From NCBI GenBank assembly GCA_963830935.1, contig CAWHOC010000012.1, positions 4,475-68,474 of the forward strand: DNA of 64,000 nt, in the 5' to 3' direction. Positions 1 through 10,551 of the stretch are shown here, one piece after another. The notes under the pieces are model-generated. The model saw only the letters and a program-made list of their open reading frames with translations. It was not told the origin of the DNA and ran no database searches. Position 1 is the stretch's first letter, and every line of letters starts with the position of its first letter. This DNA comes from an uncultured bacterium. GTDB lineage: Bacteria; Patescibacteriota; Minisyncoccia; UBA6257; 2-01-FULL-56-20. Both the position numbers and the translations under genes were made by a program.

Positions 1-427
1 TGATCGGATCGTCCTCGCCCGCCAAGCTCTGCGTCAACGAATCGATCTTGATGTTGTTCTTCTGAATGTCTTCCATCATCCACAGCGGCACCTTGATGCC
101 GGGCGTAAAACTTTCGGTGTGCCTGCCGTCCTGGGTCTGCATGGAAATGCCGATAACGTAATACCACTGCTCGGTGCTATAAATGAACGTGAGCGAGTTC
201 TCGATGCCGATGCCGATCTCCGCGCCATCAAGCCGGAGCGCCGCCGTGGAACATTCCGTCGCGCGCTTGAACATCTCCTCAAAGCCGAATGTTTGCGTCG
301 GTAGCGATGGTCGGAAGGAATTCACAAACTTGACGTCCACGCCGGGCGTAAGCCGTTTGAACGCCTCTTCCACCGCCGCTTTCTTTGCGTCATAGTAATG
401 CACCGATGTGTAAATACCGATCGTCAT
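1..427 (-). CDS. DUF84/YjjX-family inosine/xanthosine triphosphatase-like protein (partial, runs off window start)
   Basis: Absent from the ORF track because it is open at the window edge. Hand translation of the minus strand from ATG 427 gives MTIGIYTSVHYYDAKKAAVEEAFKRLTPGVDVKFVNSFRPSLPTQTFGFEEMFKRATE...AEIGIGIENSL...; the P-x-Q-x-FG-x-EE and IGIE blocks resemble YjjX NTPases. Confidence 0.45.
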   Translation of the reverse strand, partial: MTIGIYTSVHYYDAKKAAVEEAFKRLTPGVDVKFVNSFRPSLPTQTFGFEEMFKRATECSTAALRLDGAEIGIGIENSLTFIYSTEQWYYVIGISMQTQDGRHTESFTPGIKVPLWMMEDIQKNNIKIDSLTQSLAGEDDPI

Positions 428-474
428 ACTGTGAGTATAGCACCGAAATAAAAGAGCGAAGCATTCTGCTTCGC

Positions 475-1222
475 TCAGACCTCTGACCCTAGAGGGGTCG
501 CGTGCTTCCTTCGCCATGGAATTCGGATGTCGTGCGCCTTGCGCGGAGGAGCTTTCCCCTTGGCTTTGGCTGCTCTGTTTGCCGCCCTCCGAACCTTGGC
601 TCTCTCGCGGTATTCCGCTTCTTTCACTTTTCTTTCTTCGGGCGACAGCGCAAAATTCCAATCTTCCCTAGCGTATCTACCATCGGCATGGTTGTGGGTT
701 TGGTAGCAGGCCCAGAAGTTCCCATGATCATTGTCTTCTATGATCTTCATGTACGCGGGTTCCTTCACACTCTCGTTACGCCGCGCATTTTGGACACTTG
801 GGCCAGTTTTCCACCCGCTTCCATGTGATATGCGCATTCCAAAGAAAATTCTCCTTGAAATTCTGGGTCTTGTTGCAGGGCGTCGCGTAATAGATCGCCC
901 AGTCTTTGGAATCGACGATGAGCGCCCATCCCATACCAACCCCCGACGGAAAACTTACCGGAACGTCGAGCAAAAGCGGGATTTTCTTTTTGCACTCCAC
1001 CGCCAAGTCGTAATCGCAAGGCAACCGCAACCTTACGGTGTGCCCCCTGCCATCGCTCCGCTTGAACGCAATGCCCCTGGGCTGATACCGATGATGCTCG
1101 AGATGATATCTGCGAACATCATCCGTGATCTCCTTCCTCGTCATAAGCTCCCAATGGTCGCCCAGGAGCTCCTTCGCGATTTCAATAAGAACTCGCCGCG
1201 TTATTGGAACCTCTGTTGGCAC
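475..1222 (-). CDS. hypothetical protein, frame broken once (~780-800)
   Basis: ORFs 776..1231 and 475..939 overlap in different frames and read as one product. GGAGG lies 8 nt upstream of GTG 1222. No family recognised. Confidence 0.35.
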
Positions 1223-1312
1223 TGACAACACCTCCCCTGCTCTTCTTTAGAGCTCCGTATGTTATACAAAAATCGGGCGGGGATTGCAATACGTGTGTTC
1301 TATAAAAAAGAC

Positions 1313-1341
1313 AAAAGCGTAACCCGAAGGTGCGCTTTTTT
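1313..1341. terminator. bulged hairpin flanked by A-run and T-run (bidirectional terminator candidate, downstream of tyrS)
   Basis: AGCGTAACC-CGAA-GGTGCGCT, followed by TTTTTT and preceded by AAAA. Confidence 0.4.
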
Positions 1342-1501
1342 GTTTGGCTGCGGCACATAAATGTGCAGATGATGCGGTAGTGATTACTACCATTAAGGTC
1401 GCTTTTTAGGGCGATTGAGAGATGATATTTGATTGCTTTATTAATGACCTACAATAAGTATACCAACATCGTCTCGCGCCGCAAACCGCCCCTGTGGATA
1501 A

Positions 1502-2705
1502 CTACAGAATAACTTTAAAAAAGCGCTTTTTACCTACCTTTATCACCTCCCCGCCCCGGAGGACGAGCGGCGACTGGAGGTCACGGCAGGGACGGTTATC
1601 CACATCGAATCCCCCTTGCTGGATCAGGCGGCGCGCCTCGCTCTTGCTCTTGAACACGCCCGAGGCGACGATGAGGTCCACCGGCAATATCGTGCCGCTG
1701 CTTATCTTGAGCGTCGGGATAGCGTCCGGGATCTCGCGCCGTGAAAACGTTTTTGTGAAGTTTTCCGCCGCCGCGCGCGCTTTTTTCTCTCCGTGATAGC
1801 GCTTGACCACTTCGAATGCGAGAATCTCCTTCACTTTCTTTGGGTTGTCGCCGCCCTTGATGCCGTCAACGTGTTTTTTGATCTCTTTTTCCGGAACATC
1901 CGTCGCAAGATGGAAATAATTCGGGATCTGATCGTCGCGCACGGACATCACTTTGCCGAATTGATCGCCAGGCGCGTCCACTATATTGATGACATTGCCC
2001 CAGCTCGTGGACATTTTGCGGCCGTCGGTGCCGAGCAGCATTTTGTTCGTCATGATATCCTGCGGCTTTTGCTTGTAGCGCTCCTGGATCTTCCGCCCGG
2101 CGAGAAGATTGAAAAGTTGATCGGTGCCGCCGAGCTCCACGTCCGCCTTGACCGCAACGGAATCATATCCCTGCATCAGCGGGTACAAAAATTCGCGCAA
2201 GCTGATCTCCTTATGCGCTTCCCACCGATCCTTAAAGTTCCGGCGCTCCACCATCTGCTGAACGGTGAACGCTTCCGCGAGCTCCGAGATCTCCTGGAAA
2301 TTCAGCTTTTTCAGCCACTCGCTGTTATAGCGGATCTCCGTTTTTTTGAGATCGAGGATCTTGCCGATCTGCGCCAAGATAACTCTTAAGATTCTTCTTG
2401 ACCTGTGCGGCCGAGAGGAATGGCCGTTTTTCCAGCTTATCCGACGGATCCCCCACCTGCGCGGTAAAGTCGCCGATGATGAGCACTATCGTGTGCCCCA
2501 GATCCTGAAATTCCTTGAGCTTCCAAAACACCACCGCGCGGCCGATATGGATCTTGTCCCCCGTCGGATCGATACCAAACTTGACCCGGAGTTTTTTACC
2601 CGAAAGCAGCGCCGCGCGAAGGTGCTTTTCGTCGATCGCTTCCTCCACGTTGCGCGAGAGCAATGCTTCGATTTTCTCTTTATCTATCTCTTTACGAACC
2701 GCCAT
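1502..2705 (-). CDS. tyrS: tyrosine--tRNA ligase (one frame break near 2372-2380)
   Basis: The N-terminal ORF 2325..2705 has the '[13 protein letters not shown]' HIGH-type motif. The C-terminal ORF 1502..2377 has 'KMSTSWGN' (KMSKS) and an S4-like tail. The two join as ...[15 protein letters not shown].... Confidence 0.85.
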
Positions 2706-2761
2706 GTATCTTCATTTTAACACGTTTGGTATGATGATGATAGAAACGAGAACGACGCCGA

Positions 2762-3100
2762 ATGGCAGCAGGAGGAAGTGCAATGGCGACTACGCAAACG
2801 CAGTTGAAGCAACCTCTTGAGATGGATTTGAGAATTTTATATGGCGGCCCGATGCCCGACCCCTTTGAACGGGGAACCGTCTTCGTTTTCGACTCCGATT
2901 CTTGCAACGCCGTAGGCGATCCCGAAGGCAAGCAAAAAAAACCGAACATTGCGAAATTCGCATGTCCGGTATGTGGAGACGTTGGCCTCATCACTTGCCA
3001 AGAACTCTACGGTGCAGCAAGTATGATCTGTGGCGGAGAAACATGTTCGGCAGAATATCACATTGACGAGGATAGGGTGATATTTCGCCGGCCGCAATAG
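2762..3100 (+). CDS. hypothetical small Cys-rich protein (CPVC...C...C zinc-ribbon-like)
   Basis: 112-aa ORF divergent from tyrS and followed by a hairpin terminator. No recognised family. Confidence 0.3.
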   Translation: MAAGGSAMATTQTQLKQPLEMDLRILYGGPMPDPFERGTVFVFDSDSCNAVGDPEGKQKKPNIAKFACPVCGDVGLITCQELYGAASMICGGETCSAEYHIDEDRVIFRRPQ

Positions 3101-3120
3101 GTAGCGTATCCTTCAAATCA

Positions 3121-3153
3121 AAAACCCGCCGCTCCACGCGACGGGCCTTTTTT
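3121..3153. terminator. bidirectional rho-independent terminator candidate
   Basis: AAAA-CCCGCCGC-TCCAC-GCGACGGG-CC-TTTTTT, between the convergent ORF 2762..3100 and clpP. Confidence 0.5.
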
Positions 3154-3175
3154 ATCTTCCTCCAATGATTTCTTT

Positions 3176-3783
3176 TTATGATTTCTTGACGATCTCGTCC
3201 ACCACGCCGTAGGCCTTCGCCTCTTCCGCGGAGAGCCAGAAGTCGCGCTCGGTATCCTTTTCCACTTTTGCCACGTTCTGTCCGGTGCTCTTCGCGAGGA
3301 TCTGATTCAGGCGCGCCTTCGTCTTAAGGATCTGTCGCGCGGAGATCTCGATCTCCGTCGCCTGGCCGCCGATCGAATCCACCGACACCTGGTGAAAAGA
3401 ATCTCCGAGTTCGGCAGCGTCAATCGCTTGCCCTTTCTTGCCGGCGGCGAGGAGGAAAGAGCCCATGGACGCCGCGATGCCCACGCACATCGTCGCCACA
3501 TCCGGCTTTACGAACTGCATCGTGTCGTAGATGGCCATGCCGGCCGTGACCGAGCCGCCGGGGCTATTGATGTAGAGTTGGATATCCTTCTTGGAATCCT
3601 CGTGCGCGAGGAAGAGCAGCTGCGCGATCACTGTGTTCGCGACCGCGTCACTGATCGGGCCGCCCAAGAAGATGATGCGCTCCTTGAGCAATCGCGAATA
3701 GATGTCGTACGCCCGCTCGCCATTCGAGGTCTTCTCGATGACGGTCGGGATCAGATACTGCGAGTATTCTCCTCGTTGTTCAT
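3176..3783 (-). CDS. clpP: ATP-dependent Clp protease proteolytic subunit (N-terminal frame break plus an internal compensating pair)
   Basis: '[20 protein letters not shown]' and 'GGQATEIEI' match the ClpP core. The upstream frame encodes [27 protein letters not shown] 3783 is in another frame. A 12-codon out-of-frame patch lies between 3395-3398 and 3431-3433. Confidence 0.85.
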
Positions 3784-3804
3784 AATTGGTTATATCGAGT
3801 GATT

Positions 3805-5772
3805 TTAGTGAATAAATTTCACAATGAGCAGCGCGATGATGTTCACCACTTTGATCAACGGATTGATCGCCGGGCCGGTCGTATCCTTGTACGGATCGCC
3901 CACCGTGTCGCCGGTGACCGCCGCTTTGTGCGCCTCCGAACCCTTGCCGCCGAAGTTGCCGTCCTCTATATATTTCTTCGCGTTATCCCATGCCGCGCCG
4001 CCCGCGGTCATGGAAAGCGCCATGAAGAGTCCGCCGACGATCGTTCCGATCAAGAGTCCGCCGAGCGCCGCAGCGCCAAGCCAGAAACCGACGACGAGCA
4101 CGCCCACGATCGGCACGAGCGCCGGGACGATCATCTCTTTGATCGCCGCTTTCGTGACGATATCAACCGCCTTGCCGTACTCCGGCTTTGCGGTGCCTTC
4201 CATCAAGCCCTTGATCTCGCGGAACTGGCGGCGGATCTCATCCACCACCGCGCCCGCGGCGCGGCCCACCGAGCGGAGCGTGAGCGAAGCGAAGAAGTAG
4301 ACCATCGCCGCGCCGAGCAAAAGCCCGACGAGCACCGCCGGATTGCTCAAGCTGAACACAATACCTTTTGCCTCATTCGCATAGCTGGAGAAAAGCACCA
4401 ACGCCGCGAGTCCCGGCGGATGCGATCGCATATCCTTTCGTGATCGCCTTCGTGGTGTTCCCTACCGCGTCGAGCGAGTCGGTGATCTTGCGCACGTGCT
4501 CCGGCTGCTTCGTCATCTCCGCGATGCCGCCGGCGTTGTCCGTGATCGGACCGAACGAATCGATCGAAACGATGATGCCCGCCACAGAAAGCATCGCGAC
4601 CGATGCGATCGCCACGCCATAGATCCCGGAGAGCGCATAGCTCGCCAAAATTCCCAGCGCGATCACGAATGCCGGAAGGAGCGTTGATTCCATTCCCACC
4701 GAAAGGCCGATGATGATGTTCGTGCCGTGTCCGGACTTTGATGCTTCAGCGACGGACTTGCACCGGACGGAATTGCTTCGCCGTGTAGTAATCGGTGATG
4801 ATCACCATGAGCGCCGTGACGGCGAGGCCGGTCAGCGATGAAAGATAGATGTTCAAATACGCGGCGCCGAACACATACGTGGAGACAAAGTAGAATCCGA
4901 TCGCCGCGAACACGAGCGACGCGATCAGTCCTTTATAGAGCGCGCCCATGATCGAATTGTTTTTGCTCAAGCGCACAAAGAACGTTCCTAATATAGAGGC
5001 GATGATCGAGATGCCGCCAAGGAGCAACGGGAATTCGATCGTGCCCGACACGAGCGTCGTGAGCGAGCCGAGCAAGATGCCCGCGGTAAGCGTCACGGCA
5101 TACGTCTCAAAAAGATCCGCCGCCATGCCGGCGCAATCGCCGACGTTGTCGCCCACATTATCCGCAATGACGCCCGGGTTGCGCGGATCATCTTCCGGAA
5201 TCCCCGCCTCAACTTTTCCGACAAGGTCGGTGCCGACGTCGGCAGCCTTCGTATAAATGCCGCCACCCAAGCGCGCGAAGATCGAGATCAAGCTCGCGCC
5301 GAATCCAAGTCCGATGAGCGCCTCAATATTTCCGCCGGACACAAAATATGTTCCCGCAACGGCCAGCAAGTCCGAGCGCCGTCACCAAAAGTCCCGTGAC
5401 CGAACCCGCTTTGAACGCAAGCGAGAGCGCCGGGAACAATCCTTTCTTCGCCGCCTCTGCCGTCTTTGCGTTCGCGCGCACCGCAACGTTCATGCCGATA
5501 TATCCGGTAAGCGCCGATGCGATGCCGCCAACCAGGAACGCGAGCGCGACCGGCGCGCCAAGCGCGAACCAGATCACCGCCGCGAGTATCACCGCCACCA
5601 CGGCAACGGTTTTATACTGCCGGTTCAGATACGCCATCGATCCTTCCTGGATCGCCTTTGAAATCTCCACCATATCCGCGTCCCCTGCCGGCTGCTTCTT
5701 CAACCACAGCGCGAGCCACGCGCTATAAATTATTGCTATCGCGACCGGAACAAAAATGAATGTGTATGACAT
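3805..5772 (-). CDS. hppA: membrane-bound proton/sodium-translocating pyrophosphatase (at least 3 frame breaks)
   Basis: Four consecutive minus ORFs (5323..5772, 4746..5369, 4373..4699, 3805..4431) together carry '[20 protein letters not shown]', '[21 protein letters not shown]', 'DAVGNTTKA', '[12 protein letters not shown]' and '[11 protein letters not shown]'. Confidence 0.85.
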
Positions 5773-5801
5773 ATTTTTATTATAGATTTTATTTGAGACT
5801 T

Positions 5802-7064
5802 TTATATTGCGATATCTTCTTTGTCATCCGCTTCCGGCGTGGCGATCTGATCGCCGCCGCCGGAACCGCCTGCATCAACAAGTCCCGCGACGCCGCCCTC
5901 CACTTCTTCCTCCGGCCGCGTCTGCGAACGCACATCGATCTTCCATCCCGTCAGCTTCGCCGCAAGCCGCACGTTCTGTCCGCCCTTGCCGATCGCGAGC
6001 GACAGCTGGCTTTCGGGAACGTACGCGCGCGCTTCGCGCCGCGGCATGATCTCCACGCGCTCAACCTTCGCCGGCGAAAGCGCATTCGCGATAAACTTCT
6101 CCGGATCATCGGACCATTCCGCGATATCGATCTTCTCGTTGCCGAGCTCGTTGTTCACCGCCATCACGCGCGTGCCGCGCTGGCCGACGAGCGCACCCAC
6201 CGGATCGACGCCATCCGCTTTTGATGCCGCGGCGATCTTCGTGCGATTGCCCGGCTCGCGCGCGATCGCTTTGATCTCGATCGCATCCTCAACGAGCTCC
6301 GGCACCTCCATGCGGAAAAGTTCTGTGACAAACTTCGGATGCGAGCGCGAAAGAATGATACCCGGAAGCCGCGTGTCTTCCTGCACCGCTACCACGAAAA
6401 ATCGCAAGCGCTCCCCCGCTCTATAATGTTCGCCCGGAATGGATTCGTTGCCGAACATCACGCCGATCGTGCGTCCAAGATCCACAAAAATATTTCCGCG
6501 CTCAAAGCGCTGGATGACGCCGCTCACGATCTGCCCCTCGCGTCCGCGCCACTCGTTCAAAATGGAATCGCGCTCCGACTCGCGCAACTTCTGCAAAATA
6601 ACCTGCTTCGCGGTCTGCGCTGCGATGCGTCCGAAGTCTTCGTGTGTCTCCAAAGGAAACATCACCTCCTCGCCAAGCACAGCGTCTTTCTTTATTTTTT
6701 TCGCATCGTCCAATGTGATGTGCCGCTCCGGATTAAAGCGTGGAAGTTTTTCTTCGTCGTCCTCTATTATTACCTCTTTCTCTTTCTTGCCCTCGGTGGC
6801 GGCAGCTTCGGCCGCTTGTGCCTCCTCTGCTTCATCAACAAAACGGACCATAGTATCATCCACGACGGTCTTGGTCTGCCAAAAATTCAGCTCGCCGGTT
6901 TTCTGGTCCATCTTGCACTTCACGACCTCCCCGCGCTCACCATATTCTTTTTTGTATGCTGCCGCGATCGAGGACTCAATCACTTCCATAACCTTGTCCG
7001 GATCCAATCCTTTTTCTTCCGCGACCTGCTTCAGCGCTTTTGATAATTCTTTTATATTTAACAT
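5802..7064 (-). CDS. nusA: transcription termination/antitermination factor NusA
   Basis: Intact 420-aa ORF with S1/KH-type blocks ('IAIGKGGQNVRLAAKLTGWKIDV'). Confidence 0.9.
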   Translation of the reverse strand: MLNIKELSKALKQVAEEKGLDPDKVMEVIESSIAAAYKKEYGERGEVVKCKMDQKTGELNFWQTKTVVDDTMVRFVDEAEEAQAAEAAATEGKKEKEVIIEDDEEKLPRFNPERHITLDDAKKIKKDAVLGEEVMFPLETHEDFGRIAAQTAKQVILQKLRESERDSILNEWRGREGQIVSGVIQRFERGNIFVDLGRTIGVMFGNESIPGEHYRAGERLRFFVVAVQEDTRLPGIILSRSHPKFVTELFRMEVPELVEDAIEIKAIAREPGNRTKIAAASKADGVDPVGALVGQRGTRVMAVNNELGNEKIDIAEWSDDPEKFIANALSPAKVERVEIMPRREARAYVPESQLSLAIGKGGQNVRLAAKLTGWKIDVRSQTRPEEEVEGGVAGLVDAGGSGGGDQIATPEADDKEDIAI

Positions 7065-7185
7065 TTATTTAATTGTTATTTAGTTGTATCTCTTTAAAAA
7101 AGACCGCTTGAAAGCGGACTTACATCGTTCCTCTATTCTATTTGAAATTAACCCTCTCTGTCAAGGAGAAAACGGTGGGTTCGCC

Positions 7186-7563
7186 TCAGATATTTTCATA
7201 GTGCCGGAGATCGGCAAGTTTCCCGTTGACCAGGACGATCGCGATAAGATCAAACTGCCATCCCCTATCTCCCAGCGCCAATTCCGGATGTCTTACCAGG
7301 AAAACCTGGGCCGCTCGGAGCATCTTCCGCCGCTTCATCGGGCTCAGATTATCTTCCGGCATAAATCCACCCCAAAAGGATCTCTCGTCGCCATTAAGCG
7401 TTTTTACCTCACAAAATACTAATGTGCCATTAAAATGAAGGGCAATGACATCAATTTCATCAACTCTTTCTTTATGATTCCGAGCTAATATTAAATATTT
7501 ATTATTTAGTAGATATTTACATGCCATATCTTCGCCCATTTTGCCCGTTTCGGTATTTTTCAT
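7186..7563 (-). CDS. yraN: YraN/UPF0102 family endonuclease-like protein
   Basis: 'GEDMACKYLLNNKYLILARNHKERVDEIDVIA...FCEVKT'. The internal ATG 7563 is preferred over the track start 7632. Confidence 0.7.
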   Translation of the reverse strand: MKNTETGKMGEDMACKYLLNNKYLILARNHKERVDEIDVIALHFNGTLVFCEVKTLNGDERSFWGGFMPEDNLSPMKRRKMLRAAQVFLVRHPELALGDRGWQFDLIAIVLVNGKLADLRHYENI

Positions 7564-7611
7564 AGGAATTTTATTAATTAATAATGGTTTGTTGGCTGTC
7601 CGAATTTTAAA

Positions 7612-7704
7612 TGTGTTTTCCGTAAAACACATTTAAAATGTTTTTACACCTTTTTATTCTCCAAAATGGCCATTTTGAATTAAAATTGTGTTTTCCGTAA
7701 AACA
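7612..7704. promoter_or_regulatory. two copies of an 18-nt operator-like palindrome TGTGTTTTCCGTAAAACA (7612..7629, 7687..7704)
   Basis: Exact direct repeat 75 bp apart. Each copy has inverted arms TGTTTT/AAAACA. Located in an AT-rich intergenic region upstream of yraN. Confidence 0.35.
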
Positions 7705-7777
7705 ATTTTGCAAAACATTTTTGTTTAACAGTAGGTTTTACGGGCTTATCGGGTTTTGCCGTATTATTTCGATTTAA

Positions 7778-7836
7778 TCCGGCAATCCGGCAAAATTTCA
7801 TTAACTTTTAATATAATTCGGCAATCTATCCGGCAA
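7778..7836. repeat. TCCGGCAA octamer cluster (7778, 7786, 7829; variant TTCGGCAA at 7817)
   Basis: Read directly from the sequence: a tandem pair plus dispersed copies in the divergent promoter region between yraN and the DksA-like gene. Confidence 0.4.
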
Positions 7837-7954
7837 AAAATGATTTGCCCCCACCTTTGCCATTCTTGCCAGTTATCCACACTTGCGTCGTCAGTCCATT
7901 CTGGGATCTACGGGCTTCCCGTATTGCCTTAAGGAACTCCCGCCGTATTCTTAT

Positions 7955-8293
7955 ATGACTATGAACCAAGACCAATTAAAAGAATATAAAATTGCTTTAG
8001 AGAAGGAACGGGCGATGATAACTGCGGAGATCGCGCAGGATGAAAAACCCGTCGACTTCGGGAGCGACATCGATCATGGCGACGAGGAGAGCGATAAGTC
8101 GGAACAAGTGGGGGACCAGCTCGCCGCGGCGCAAGAGCTGAAGGACCGCCTGAATGAGATCGAGATCGCGCTGGGAAAGCTCCAGGCCGGGACATATGGG
8201 ATTTGCGAGAAGTGTGGGAAGCCCATCGAGCACGAAATCCTGGCCATTGATCCCGAGTCCCGTTTTTGTAAAGCCTGCAAATTATCCCACTAG
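7955..8293 (+). CDS. DksA/TraR-family C4 zinc-finger protein
   Basis: Coiled-coil N-terminus and 'CEKCGKPIEHEILAIDPESRFCKAC'. ATG 7955 is preferred over TTG 7883. Confidence 0.7.
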   Translation: MTMNQDQLKEYKIALEKERAMITAEIAQDEKPVDFGSDIDHGDEESDKSEQVGDQLAAAQELKDRLNEIEIALGKLQAGTYGICEKCGKPIEHEILAIDPESRFCKACKLSH

Positions 8294-8300
8294 CCCGAGA

Positions 8301-8374
8301 ATCTAAAATACCCATTTCTTTGTACCGTTACGTCCGCGCACTAGGTACAAGGGGTGGGTATTTTAGATTTTTTT
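8301..8374 (+). terminator. long hairpin plus T-run terminator
   Basis: ATCTAAAATACCCA (8301..8314) pairs with TGGGTATTTTAGAT (8355..8368). There is an inner TTGTACC/GGTACAA stem, followed by TTTTTTT. Confidence 0.5.
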
Positions 8375-8400
8375 AATGCGCAATATGCGATAGTGCATGC

Positions 8401-9936
8401 ATGAGTAAAAAAATGGGGCGGTTGTATTCCGCCGCGCTTGAAGGGATCGACGCAAAGATCATCGAAGTGGAAGCGGACATCAATGTCGGACTGCACTCGT
8501 TCAATATCGTCGGGCTCGGCGACCGGTCGCTCAACGAGGCGAAGGAGCGCGTCAACTCTGCGCTAAAAAATGCGGGGATCAAACCGCCGAACCGCGAGAA
8601 TCGAAAGATCACGATCAATCTCGCGCCGGCGGACATAAAAAAGACCGGGTCGCATTACGATCTCGCGATTGCACTTGGGTATCTTTTTGCGACGAAGCAG
8701 ATAAAAGAATTCGATTGCTCGGATAAGATATTTTTGGGGGAGCTCGCGCTCGATGGACGGCTTCGCCCCGTAAGCGGTGCGCTGAACATCGCGCAAAAAG
8801 CGGCGAGTGAAGGATTTAAATATCTGTTCCTTCCGCGCCAGAATGCGAACGAGGCGGCGGCGATCGCGGAGATCAAGGTCGTGCCCGTGGATGATCTCCG
8901 AGAAATGATCGCTATCCTTGAAGGGAGGACCGATAGGGCGCCTATACGATTCATTGATGGGAAGGGTCGCCGCGCTGGTGCTGCCGCAGATTTTTCGGAG
9001 ATCATCGGGCAGGAGAACGCGAAGCGCGCGCTCACGATCGCCGCCGCGGGGCAACATAACGTGCTCCTATTCGGGCCGCCGGGCGTCGGGAAAACATTTC
9101 TTTCGCACGCGCTCACGGGCATCATGCCGGATCTCACAACGCCCGAAGCCATTGAGACCACAAAGATATGGAGCGCCGCGGGGCTAAGCCCCGACGGCCT
9201 TATTCGCGAACGGCCGTTCCGGGCGCCGCACCACACCGCGTCCATCACGGCGCTCGTCGGCGGGGGACAGGACCCGCGCCCGGGAGAGATCAGCTTGGCA
9301 CATCACGGAATACTTTTCCTCGACGAACTGCCGGAGTTTCAAAAGAACGCGCTTGAGGCGTTGCGCCAACCGCTCGAGTCCGGCGTGGTGCATCTCGCGC
9401 GGACGAAACAAAGCGTCACGTTCCCGGCGAAGTTCATCCTCGTGGCGGCGATGAACCCGTGTCCGTGCGGATTCTACGGCGACACAGAAAAGGAATGTAA
9501 GTGCTCGGCATACGAGATAATAAAATATCAGAAAAAAATTTCCGGACCATTGCTCGATCGCATCGATATGCAGGTGAAGGTCGGAAGGGTCGCGATCGAA
9601 ACATTAAGAACGAGAACCGCTCACGAAGCCGGCCGCAAAGTTCGCGGAGAAAGCGCGGCGATAAAAGAATGCGTCATTCGCGCGCGAGCCGCGCAGGTCG
9701 CGCGCTACGGGAAGCTGAACGGCGAACTCAGCTCGCGAGAATCGCAGGAGTTGATCGCCATGGATGCCGAAGCGCGATTATTCTTGGAAACGCTGGACCA
9801 TAGCCATCTCTCGCCACGCGGATATTATCGATTACTGAAAATCGCGCGTACGATCGCGGACCTGGAGGAAAAAGATGCGGTCTCTTCGGAACACCTCGCG
9901 GAGGCGTTCAGCTATCGGCTGAAGGAAATATTCTAA
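8401..9936 (+). CDS. comM: YifB/ComM-family Mg-chelatase-like AAA+ ATPase
   Basis: Intact 511-aa ORF with 'GPPGVGKT', 'ISLAHHGILFLDELPEF' and 'CPCGFYGD...C'. Confidence 0.85.
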   Translation: MSKKMGRLYSAALEGIDAKIIEVEADINVGLHSFNIVGLGDRSLNEAKERVNSALKNAGIKPPNRENRKITINLAPADIKKTGSHYDLAIALGYLFATKQIKEFDCSDKIFLGELALDGRLRPVSGALNIAQKAASEGFKYLFLPRQNANEAAAIAEIKVVPVDDLREMIAILEGRTDRAPIRFIDGKGRRAGAAADFSEIIGQENAKRALTIAAAGQHNVLLFGPPGVGKTFLSHALTGIMPDLTTPEAIETTKIWSAAGLSPDGLIRERPFRAPHHTASITALVGGGQDPRPGEISLAHHGILFLDELPEFQKNALEALRQPLESGVVHLARTKQSVTFPAKFILVAAMNPCPCGFYGDTEKECKCSAYEIIKYQKKISGPLLDRIDMQVKVGRVAIETLRTRTAHEAGRKVRGESAAIKECVIRARAAQVARYGKLNGELSSRESQELIAMDAEARLFLETLDHSHLSPRGYYRLLKIARTIADLEEKDAVSSEHLAEAFSYRLKEIF

Positions 9937-9939
9937 ATT

Positions 9940-10551
9940 CTAGATGTCGTTCTTGCCAGGAATGACGATCGAAACGCCGGAGCTAAGCGGGGAAAAATTT
10001 ACAGATGGGTTGAATTCGACTATCGTATTCATAGGAACACCGAACGTGGCGGAGATGGATCGCAGGGTGTCGTTCGCGGTCGCGGTATAAATGATGCCCG
10101 TCGCCGGCGCTTTCGTGTTGCCGCTTCCAGAACTGTTCGTTGTGGTCTTCACGACCGGCTGGGAGTCCTTGAGGGCCCCTTCGCCATAGAGCACGTCAAC
10201 GTCCTCGGCTAGTTGGGAGCCGCCTGCGGCATCATTGCCGGAGGCAAGGAAGGGGGCGCTCTGCGGGGTCAATGCCGCGCTGTCTATCTCGGCGCCTTCG
10301 GCCTGGGGGATGAGCAATGGGCTACCCGGGGTTCTGTGTTCCTGTACCATTCCTGCCGAGCCGGAAACAAAAACGGAGCTCAGAATGAGTCCGGACAATA
10401 ACCCGCCGACCGCCAAAAAAACGGCCACTCCTAATGGCTTATAATCACTTTTGAGCTTTTGGATAGTCGTACTTATGAATTTGATGATACCACAATGCCC
10501 CCCAAACCTCAACCAATACCCCTGAATCCCGCCCAGGATGCGGCCGTCCAC
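9940..10551 (-). CDS. membrane-anchored LysM domain protein (start uncertain)
   Basis: Hydrophobic N-terminal segment and a C-terminal LysM ('YTATANDTLRSISATFGVPMNTIVEFNP'). Confidence 0.6.
   Translation of the reverse strand: MDGRILGGIQGYWLRFGGHCGIIKFISTTIQKLKSDYKPLGVAVFLAVGGLLSGLILSSVFVSGSAGMVQEHRTPGSPLLIPQAEGAEIDSAALTPQSAPFLASGNDAAGGSQLAEDVDVLYGEGALKDSQPVVKTTTNSSGSGNTKAPATGIIYTATANDTLRSISATFGVPMNTIVEFNPSVNFSPLSSGVSIVIPGKNDI

Noticed and set aside
7873-7881. Perfect DnaA box TTATCCACA as a marker of the replication origin
   Set aside because: It is a single isolated box 20 kb from dnaA. The dnaA-dnaN spacer has clustered boxes plus an AT-rich unwinding-type tract and the conserved gene context.
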